Translations under genes and position numbers: made by a program
Origin: Camelus ferus
Lineage: Eukaryota
Reading direction: 5' to 3'
DNA length: 64,000 nt
Assembly (NCBI RefSeq): GCF_009834535.1
Contig: NC_045715.1
Coordinates: forward strand, 20,150,001-20,214,000
Shown: positions 1-9,200 of the stretch, in pieces
Layout of the letters: each line of letters starts with the position of its first letter
Numbering within the stretch: the stretch's first letter is position 1
The notes under the pieces: model-generated
Database searches by the model: none
What the model was told of the DNA's origin: nothing
What the model saw: only the letters and a program-made list of their open reading frames with translations

Positions 1-793
1 TTCAGTGCACTCCCGGTTATAATCCCTACAATGTTTTGGTAAAAATAAACATTCTACATTATAATATGGAAATGCAAAGGATCAGAGTGAGACTGCAAAG
101 ACTGTCTTGAAATGGAAGGGCTTACCCTGAATGTCAAGACTTATGTAAAGCTACAGCAGTTATGACGGTGTGATATTGGCGCAACAATGGACATGTCAAC
201 AGAACAACATAAAGAGTTCAGTAACAGGCCCTCACATAAATGGCCACCTCGCTTATGATGAAAATGGAACTGAAATAGTGGTCTTTTCAGTAAATGATGC
301 TGGATTAATTAGATATTTGTGGGGGAAAAAAGAGAAATTTGATCTCCTGTTCATACCATATATGAATGTCAATTCCAAGTGGACTGTAGATCTGAGTATA
401 AAAGATAAAGAAATTATTCTAGAAAACAAATATATTTCATGATCTTAAAGTAGATTAGAGTTCTTAAACAGACAAGAAACACACACACTAACCGTAAAGG
501 AAAGATAAACTGAACTACGTTAGAAAATATGAACTTCTGTTAATCAAATGACACTAGTAAGAAGTTAATAAGAAGCCCTAGTGTAGAAGAGACTTGCAAC
601 AAATATAGCCTTTAAATAAAGAGCTCAAATCTAGAATATATAAAGAACTCACTGACAATGGGCAACTCTGGAACTCTCTGGAAAAATAGGCAAAAGACCA
701 GAACAGCCACCTCATAAAAACTGAGATCTAAATAGCCAAAAACATGAACAAGAACTCAACATCATTAGTCAAATAAATGCAAGATAAAAACAC
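1..793 (+). mobile_element. Old LINE-1 fragment (degraded ORF2 3' region), 5' part; continues at about 1455
   Basis: Degenerate L1 ORF2-end sequence (e.g. atcattagtc...aaatgcaagataaaaacac at about 761-793). No intact ORF. Boundaries approximate. Confidence 0.7.
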
Positions 794-1453
794 ATAACTT
801 TGAAACTGAACCCCTTGTATACTATTGGTGGGATTGTAAAATGGTGCAACCACTATGGAAAACAGTATGGAGATTCTTCAAAAATTTAAAAACAGAACTA
901 CGATATAATCCAGCAATTCCACCTCTGGGTTTTTATTCAAAAGAGTAGAAAGCAGAATCTTGAAGAGGGATATGCACATCCATGTTCTTAGCAGCACTAT
1001 TCACCATAGAGATGGAGGCCAGCCAAATGTCCATTGATGGATGAGTGGGAAACAAAATGTGATATAATCATACAATGGAATATGAGTCAGCCCCCAAAAA
1101 GGAAGAAAGTCCTGTCATGTGCTATAGCACAGATGAACCTTGAGGCCATTATGCTAAGTGAAATGAGCCAGTCACAAAAAGGCAAGTACTGTATGGTTCC
1201 ACTGATGTAAGGTATCTAAAGTATTTAAAATCATAGAAGCAGAAAGTACAATGGTGGCTGCCAGGGGCTGGGTGAAGAGGGGAAAAGTGAGTTGTTCAGT
1301 AGCTATAAACTTTCAGTTTTGCAAGATGAAAAAGTTCTGGAGATGTGTTTCCCAACCATGTGAATCTACTTAATGTTATGGATATGTACACTTCAAAATA
1401 GTTAAGGTGGCAAATTTTTCATCATGTGTTTTAACCACAATTAAAAAAAAAAA
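794..1453 (+). mobile_element. Younger LINE-1 (L1M-type) 3' fragment with poly(A) tail, nested in the older L1
   Basis: Canonical L1 3' text (ggtgggattgtaaaatggtgcaaccactatggaaaacagtatggag; ccagcaattccacctctggg; atgctaagtgaaatgagccagtcaca) ending in A11 at 1443-1453. aaaacac occurs on both sides (possible TSD). Confidence 0.8.
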
Positions 1454-1454
1454 C

Positions 1455-2180
1455 ACTTTTCACACCAGAATGACAAAAATGAAAAAGATCAACATTACCA
1501 AGTGTTGTCAAGGAACTACCAGTTGTATGGAACAACTGCTCGTGGGAGCGTGAATTGGTACAACCACCACTTTGGGGGAAAAAAAGGTTTGACTTTCTTA
1601 AACTTGAGCATACACATACTCAAGGACCCAGTACTCCCTTTACTGTGTATACACTCAACAGAAAAGCATACGTGAGTGTAACAAAAACATGTATAAAAAT
1701 GTTCATAGCAGCATTTTTCATTATAGCCCCACACTGGAATCCACCCACATGTGCACCATCAGTAGAATGGATAAATAAGTTGTGTGTACACGCAATAGGA
1801 TACTACACTGCAATGAAAATGAAGGAACTCCTGCTACAGGTGACCTGGGTGAATTTCATAAACACGATGTTGAGTGAAAGGAACCAGACACAGGAAGAAT
1901 GCACACTGTATGATTCCATTTATGCAGAGTTCAAAAACAGGCAAAAACTAACCTATGGTGCTAGAAGTCAGGATACTTGTTTCTTTTGGGGAAGAAGGTG
2001 GGATGGTAGGGAAGGAGGGCCGCAAGGGGGTAGGGCTTCTGAAGTGTTAATAAGGCTCTGTTCTTTCTCCAGCCTGTGTTAATGGACACTCAGATGTGTT
2101 TACTTTGGTGATAATTGAGTTGTGCACTTAAAATTGTGTATCTTTTTGTATGTATATTGTACTTCAATAAAAAGTTTTTA
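1455..2180 (+). mobile_element. Old LINE-1 3' fragment (continuation of 1-793)
   Basis: agaatgacaaaaatgaaaaagatcaacattaccaagtgttg resumes the L1 consensus where the first piece stops. Ends in acttcaataaaaag. Confidence 0.75.
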
Positions 2181-2271
2181 AACAAATATGAAGGCTTCAT
2201 TATCTGAGTTTAGCTGGCCATTGATCACTTTTCCATGTTCCTCTCTCTCTCTCTCTCCCCCCTCTTTCCAG

Positions 2272-2942
2272 CTCTTCACAGAGGTCCTCCGGGATCAAGG
2301 GGACCAATAATCCCACCGCTGCTGAGTCTCCCACCTCCTCCCCGGGGCAGAGGCCCAATTCGGGGAGGCCTAGGCCCCAGGTCTGGCCCATACGGTCGTG
2401 GTTGGTGGGGAGTCAATGCTGAACCTCCTTTTCCTGGACCAGGCCATGGAGGTCCCTCCAGGGGAGGCTTTCACAAAGAGCAGAGAAACCCTCGAAGGCT
2501 CAAAAGCTGGTCTCTTATCAAGAATACCTGCCCACCCAAGGATGGACCCCAGGTTATGGAAGGTGAGGTCCATATTCTTTATGCCTGCACACATTTACTA
2601 GCCATCACTCCCAGAGTGACCCAGTGCCCAGAATGCCTGTGGCTCTTCTCTGGGCTGTCCTTTGTCTTTTCGAAGTAGGAGTAGCCCTGAATGTTTTTTC
2701 TCCCAGGAGAAAGACTACCATTCCATAATATCTGGAAATGGTAATGAGTAGGAAATCTGTCTTCTCTGCTTTTTGTTACAATTTTTTTTTCTTCTCAGTC
2801 GCATTTTAAATTGCCTGATTTTCACTTGTTCACAGACAAATCCGACCGCCCTGTCTGCCGACACTTTGCCAAAAAGGGCCACTGTCGATACGAGGACCTC
2901 TGTGCCTTCTACCACCCAGGCGTCAATGGACCTCCTCTGTGA
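2272..2942 (+). CDS. PRR3: Proline-rich protein 3, last two coding exons (2272-2562, 2836-2942); earlier exons lie upstream of the window
   Basis: cag|CTCTTCACAGA...ATGGAAG|gtgagg encodes [11 protein letters not shown]...[22 protein letters not shown]. cacag|ACAAATCC...CTGTGA encodes the C3H1 finger [35 protein letters not shown]. Both exons begin in phase 1. Confidence 0.96.
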
Positions 2943-4114
2943 GACTGTGCCTTCCCATCCAGGCTGGAAGGAGCCCTCTGACCTAGCGGCCATACACTTC
3001 CCTAGGGCCCTGAGATGGCTACTCTGAGGTGGTTTCACTCACTACCCTCAGTCAGTGATGCCCACCCCCATCGCCACCTCCCCAACTTGGGGTCCAGAGT
3101 TGTTCCATCGCTGGTGCGCGGTGTGCACTCTTCTGATCCCGCTTCCAGAGACTCGTCTTCAGGACCCCATCTTCGCTCCATTCAACTGCCTCCTGGATCC
3201 TTTTCCCCCTCGCCGACTGACTGCGGAACAGGAAACCTCTTCGGTGCTGTTTCTTGTGCATCTGTCTGCCCAGCCCCCGGGATTGCCCTGGATTCCTGAG
3301 AGCCCTGGAGCAGTTTCCTGCCAATCCCTTCTTCCAGCTACTTGTTTGAAGTTCTTTTTACGTGACAGCCCCTACCCGCAATGTTGTCAGCTGCTCCGTG
3401 ACACTCATCAGGTCGTCTGACCTGGGGTCAAGTGTGGATGGCTGGTCCAGAGTTACTCCCCGAGAGACCACTCTCCCTGCTTCTGGATTTCGTAGTTTCT
3501 GCGTCAGTAGCATGATCCCCACCGCTATGGTCTGTGATCACTGTGCTTTGTGAAACTGTGCATCCCCTGTAGCCTTTCTCGGTGTCTGTGGCATTTTTGT
3601 GACTTCCCAACACTAGAGTAAGTTTTTCTGCCAAAACGAGTGGGGCCGTCGGTGCCCTCTAGACTTCCCCACCTCCCAACATGGGAGAATTGTGAAACTT
3701 CACACAAGACTGCCTCCCTGGTCCTGCCCGTTCCTCTCCTGGTGTCGGTTTCTCTGGGTTTGACACAGGCCCGAGAGATGTCCTTCAAAGCCTCAGATGG
3801 GCCTACCCTGTCTCCTCTTCCAGCCCATTTTAGTTAGACTACTTCATTGTGAGGCCACCAGCCCTTTCGTTTGAATTCTGTGAATCTCCACCTGGGCTAC
3901 CTGTGGGTGGAACTTGGATAGTACTGTCGCCCTCTTCCAACCTTCTTCCCCTGCATCCCTGGCACTGGTTGTTTTCTGTGAAAACGGCAGTGAACAGGCT
4001 CAGTTTTGAACTGGCCCTGAGGAAATGGGTCAGGAGTTGTGTGGGCAAGAGGGAGGGGTGAGAGCCGTTGGAGAACTGAGAATGAATTTTTTTTTAACAT
4101 TTTTTTACATTAGT

Positions 4115-4120
4115 AATAAA
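4115..4120 (+). terminator. Probable PRR3 polyadenylation signal (AATAAA)
   Basis: AATAAA about 1.17 kb after the stop codon, preceded by U-rich sequence and followed by U/GU-rich sequence. Confidence 0.6.
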
Positions 4121-5078
4121 CACAGTGGAAACAAACATTTTCTTTAATCCCTGTGTTCCAGTCATCTCTGGAAATGCAGATGAGGCTGTGCTTGGAGTCA
4201 GTTTATTCTTCACTTGTGTTCGTATGCAGTGGTGATAGAAGTTTCTTCCAGTCTGAAGGAACCCATTATCCTATGGGCATCAACTGGAGCAGGCTGCATT
4301 ACGTTCAAGGGTAAAGTTTTGTTGGAGAAAGGAAAGGCCAGGTATCCATGGAGTAATTTTTAAACATTTTACCCATGTTTATGGTTTGATGTTTATGGAG
4401 TGTTAATGACAAAGCAATATGTCGATAAATATTTGTAGAGCGCCAGTGGGCCAGGCAGTATGCCAGGCACCAGAGATAACAGCCAAAACCAGTGAATTTA
4501 AGATCTACAGTGGGAGGCATGTTCATCAAGAAATCACAACTTCACGTGAAGCACTTGTCCAAAGTGCAATGAAGAAGCGAGACCTGGTGGGAGAGTATGT
4601 AATAAAGGCAGTCTGGGAAGATGGCAACGGGGACAAACTGAGGACAAGCAGAAGGTGAGGTGGGAGAGCATTGTCCAGGCAGAGGTGTTAAGAGGACGTG
4701 GGAAGAGTGGGAGGTGAGGCAGGAGGAAGAGGACCTCGACCTCTCGGCCTTGCAGGATGTAAGGGTCTTTTGGAAGTGGCAGTTAGAAGGTTACTTGAGT
4801 AGCCTGAATGAGTCGTGCTGGTGGTGTCTTGGGTAGCAGAGTGGGGAGAAAAGTGGACATTTGGAAATAAGGGATCAAAATGAAAGTATTTTAGGTTTCT
4901 CTGGGTCATTCTGGCTTGCATAACCAAGTACCCATTTAGACAGAAAGGTATTAGGAGAAAAACAGAATGCCTCTAATTGTTTTGGAATGGTTGAGTCTGA
5001 GCTGCCTTTTAAGACATTCAAGGAGAGCAATTAAGTAGTTGGGTATACAGGCTTGGTACTCAGATTAAAACTGGAGAC

Positions 5079-5224
5079 GGGGGAGGATATAGCTCAGTGG
5101 TAGAGCGCATGCTTAGCATGCATGAGGTCCTGGGTTCAATCCCCAGTACCTCCATTAAATAAATCTAATTACCTCCCCCCAGAACAAACATGAACTCCCT
5201 ACAGAATTGTTACATTAAAAATAA
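5079..5224 (+). mobile_element. tRNA-Ala-derived SINE (camelid Vic-1-like) with target-site duplication, inserted into an L2 remnant
   Basis: Head ggggaggatatagctcagtggtagagcgcatgcttagcatgcatgaggtcctgggttcaatccccagtacctcca has A box TAGCTCAGTGG, B box GGTTCAATCC and an AGC anticodon loop, but a mismatched acceptor stem. A-rich tail. TSD aaaactggagac (5067-5078) / aaaactgtagac (5225-5236). Confidence 0.85.
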
Positions 5225-5887
5225 AAAACTGTAGACATAAATCTGAGTTATCTGCAGTGTAGGTAGTGGTTGAAGCCATGAGCATGGATATATTCATTCA
5301 CTCTAAATAAACACCTACTATGCCCCAGTTTATCAGCTTTAAGTTCAGTTGTAACAGAAACCAAAATAAGTCTTAAAGCAAGATAGACGTTTATTATTCA
5401 AGTCAAGAGGTCATACAACACTTGTGTGACAATCATGCCACCACAAGGTCCTCAGGTATTCAGAACATCTCCTCCCCCCAGCCCTCAGCTCCATGATTCT
5501 TGGGGTCAGACCCTCCTAGTCACAGTCTGAAGTGAAGCTCTAGCTTGTTTATTTATCCTCCAAGCCTCAGGATGGAGGAAGGGCAGAGGAAATTACCAAG
5601 CTAACCTACATGTTAACATGTTACTGGCCATAACTTAGTCCTGTGGCCAATACCTAGCTGCCAGTGAGGCTTGAAAAGTACTCTTCATCAGGCAGCCACG
5701 TGCTAAGCAAACAATTGGCTTTTCAGCGCCAATGTGTAAAAACATTAGGGTAGGATGAAATCCTCAACCAGCACCTCCCTGCTAAACCTTGGGCATGCAA
5801 TAAGAGAATAACACAGTAAATGTGTCAATGCCCTCCAGCCAGAGACCACACAGGAACCATCTATAGTTAAACAAAGGTGGGTCTGTC

Positions 5888-6083
5888 ACCTGCAGAGATC
5901 TCATTAAGAGAGGATTAGGAATGATAGGATTAGGGGTTTATGTTAGGTGATTTGGGGGAAGATTCAGGGAAGTGGGGAATCTGGGTTTATAACCTGCAGA
6001 GATCTCATTAAGAGGGAGGGATGACAGGATTAGGGTTTGTGTTAGGTGATTTGGGGGAAGATTGAAGGAAGTGGGGATTTGGT
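5888..6083. repeat. Two-copy ~104-bp tandem duplication inside an LTR-like segment
   Basis: Units start at 5888 and 5992 with acctgcagagatctcattaagag and share ttaggtgatttgggggaagatt and gaagtgggga. Confidence 0.85.
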
Positions 6084-6298
6084 CTATATTGGGTGCTTAC
6101 AGGCAGGGGGTGCATTTCTATGTACATTTTAGTAGTCATCCTTTGGTATCTATCATCCTTNNNNNNNNNNNNNNNNNNNNNNNNNNNNNNNNNNNNNNNN
6201 NNNNNNNNNNNNNNNNNNNNNNNNNNNNNNNNNNNNNNNNNNNNNNNNNNNNNNNNNNNNNNNNNNNNNNNNNNNNNNNNNNNNNNNNNNNNNNNNNN

Positions 6299-6490
6299 CC
6301 TGTAATACTGAATACAATGTAAATGCTATGTAACTAGTTATAAATACAATGTAGATGCAAGGTAAATAGTTGCTGGTCTGCAGCAAATTTAAGTTTTGCA
6401 TTTTGGAATTTTCTGGATATATTTTTTCCCCTAGCATTTCAATCCTAGGTTAGTTGAATCCGAAAATGTGGCAGCTGTAGACACGGAGTC
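6299..6490. mobile_element. DNA-transposon remnant (MER2/Tigger-like)
   Basis: aatacaatgtaaatgctatgtaa and ggttagttgaatcc...tgtgg...gacacggag resemble the MER2 consensus as recalled. Abuts an N gap. Confidence 0.55.
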
Positions 6491-7169
6491 TCATCCAGAG
6501 AGGAGGAATGAAACATGGCAAAAAAGCAGCCAGGACTCATTTTGGCTGAGAGGGACCTATTTAGCATTTATGGTTTGTTTAGTGACCTTGTTTTTTGTCT
6601 GCGCTTTGACAAGGTTATAGACTTTGTCTTAACCTCATCACAGTCACAGATTGGCCTTGTCTGACATTGGTGTTCTGTGAGGTTATGTTCAATGTGAGAA
6701 CATCACAGCCTTGATGTGAGGGCCAGGTCAGCTCTTGGCAACACCAAGGCCTAACTGTTAGTGTCAGGCCAGTTCCCAGTTGTCAGGGGCTGTTCTTCCT
6801 CAAAGGTAAGCAAATGAATAATTACAGGTTGTGATTAGTGATATAAAGAACATAATGGGGCACTAGAGAGAGGATAATGGTTGGGGGCTACGTAAGATGT
6901 GGTTAGGATAGACCTCGCCAAGGAGTCTGTAGCTGAAATCACCTGAGAGTGTCAAATGGGAAGACAAGAGGGCCTAGGAATTAGCCTAGAGGAAAGCTGA
7001 TATTTAATGGCCAAGGGAAGAAGGACAAGGATGAGCCTGACAAGGAGACTAAGGCGGGATGGCTAGAGAGGCAGGGAGAGATCTTTAGAGTGTGGCATAT
7101 TCTGGTTGCTAGCTCCATGCCGGGTACCATGCTAAGTTCTTCCCATTCATTGTCTTATTTAAGCCTTAC

Positions 7170-8050
7170 ATTCATCCAGTGAATACTCAGTGCCTATTCT
7201 GGGCCAGGCCCTGGGATGTATCAGTGAAAAAGACCAAATTCGGGCCCATATAGTGCTTTAGTCTATTGGGGATAATAGGCAATAAATGAGCTCTACCACT
7301 GGGCTCTATTACCCAGTAATATAATCTTAAGACATAAATGCTGTGAAGAAAAACAGTGAGGGAAGAGGCTAGAGAGTGACAGAAGGAAGAAAACAGGTCA
7401 TTACTACAACAGATAGGGCTTTGAGGAGGTAACATGTGAATAAAGGCAGAAATTAAGTGAAGAGGCTATCATATGAATATCTGGAGGAAGTGCATTCCAG
7501 GCATAGGGAACAACAAGGGCAAAGGCCTGGAGGCAGGAATAAGTTTGAGAGGTTGAAGTAAAAATAGAAGGCCAGTGTGTCTAGACAGTAGGAGATGAGA
7601 TCAGGAAGTTCAACTAGAGATCTCAGAAAGGATGCTGGGTAAACAGTTGGATTCATGAGCCTGGAGTTTAGGGCAGAAGTTGGGATCAATAAGAGACATT
7701 TGGGAATCTTCACCAGTTATGGATGGTATTTAAAGGCATGAGACAAAGAAGAGTGTCAAAGATTGAGGCTGGAGGCACTTGAACATTTAGACTTCAAGGG
7801 GAGAAGTCAGGAAAGGAGAGAAAGGGAGCAGACAATGAGATGGAAAGCAAACCTGGAGAGAACTGTGCCCTTGAAGAAAGCAAAAAGGGGAGGGAGTGAC
7901 CATCAGTCAAATGCTGCTGGGGAGTGAGTAGGATAAGGACAGAGAACTGGCCCCAAACTGTTGACCTTGGCAAGAGTGGATTCAGGCAATGGTAGGGACA
8001 AAAGCATAGACTATAGTAGTTTAAGGAGAGAACGGCAGATAACAAGGCTA
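7170..8050 (-). mobile_element. Ancient LINE-2 fragments
   Basis: Purine-rich degenerate L2 text (cattcatccagtgaatactcagtgcctattctgggccagg; ggagtttagggcagaagttggg; gagaactggcc...ttgaccttggcaa). Boundaries approximate. Confidence 0.6.
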
Positions 8051-8499
8051 TTGGGAACGCCTTGCTTACACACCTATTCAGTGGTAGAATTAGAAGTGAA
8101 CCCAAATCTTGATTGTGTTGGTGATTTAATGGCTGTATACATGTCAAAACTTATCAAAGTGTACACTTGGAAGTTTATTGCCTATTTGTGCAGTTTGTCA
8201 TATCTCAATTATACTTCAGAATAGCTGTTATCAAAAAAAGGGGGGAGTGAACCCAAGGTCCACCGCATCGTGATTTCTGTTGGGCTAGAGTTCCTCCTGG
8301 TTTACACCTCTACACCTCGGGGTTTTGTGACACATCTGAACGCTAAACCGACAAGGCCTCTTCCTGAGTTGGTGGACTGCGCCTTTCTGTCGCTAACCAG
8401 ACGTAAGGGGCAGGCAGAAGGTAGCGTTCAGCTTAAAAAAAAAAAAGAAAAGAAAGGATGCTTCACCCTTTCGAACTAGTCGGAAATTACTACGTTCAG

Positions 8500-9200
8500 T
8501 ACTTAGTCACGGCATCGCGGAGTTCTCAGATCCTCATAAAGTCTGCTGATGCGACCGGACTAGGCGGACTCCGGTCACGCCCCTTCATTGAAGGTCACGC
8601 CCCCACTGGAAGCAGACACGCCCCCAAGATGATGGTGCGGCGCCCACGTGCACCGCCTGGGGGCGGGGTCAACTGTGTCTAGAGCCCGCCTGGTTCCGGG
8701 CCCCACGCTGCCGGAAGCGGAAATAGCGCCCGGCGCAGCTTGAGTTGCAGTAACTGCCACCGCGATGCCGAAGGCGCCCAAGCAACAGCCGCCGGAGCCC
8801 GAGTGGATCGGGGACGGAGAGAGCACGACCCCGACAGGTGAGGCTGGTAGGCAGGAAGGGAAGAAGAGAGGAAAAAGAAGAGATGGAAGTGTCCGCGTGT
8901 TTTAGGAGAGAGTCACGGGGCGCGAGACTGACCCGGCCGTGCGGGGATACTGCGCATGCGTGCAGTGGACTGGGACGAGTTTTCCCTGGCCGGAGTGCTT
9001 TTGAGGTGCGGCCGAAAGAAAAGGTGCCGGGGTGTCGCGCAAGAGCTTCAGTGAGCCTGGGCAAGAGACTAGGAAGAGCATATGGTACGGAAGGAGAGAT
9101 CGGGGAGCAATGGAGTTGTTTTTTTGGAGGTACTGCGGGTTGAACCTAGGACCTCGCGCATGCTTAGCACACGCTCTACCGCTGGGCTCTACCCCCACCC
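8500..9200 (+). promoter_or_regulatory. ABCF1 CpG-island promoter (TATA-less)
   Basis: CpG-dense. GC box ggggcgggg (about 8660), tandem ETS-type ccggaagcggaa (about 8711), NRF1-like tgcgcatgcg (8951-8960). Confidence 0.8.

Noticed and set aside
1555-2082. 175-aa ORF and neighbouring ORFs in 170-2082
   Set aside because: They lie within degraded L1 sequence and do not form a coherent ORF2.
4086-4110. ttttttaacatttttttt resembling the camelid L1 tail next to the PRR3 PAS
   Set aside because: The match is too short and low-complexity, with no L1 body attached.
5079-5155. Functional tRNA-Ala(AGC) gene
   Set aside because: Mismatched acceptor stem, SINE tail and target-site duplication indicate a retroposon.
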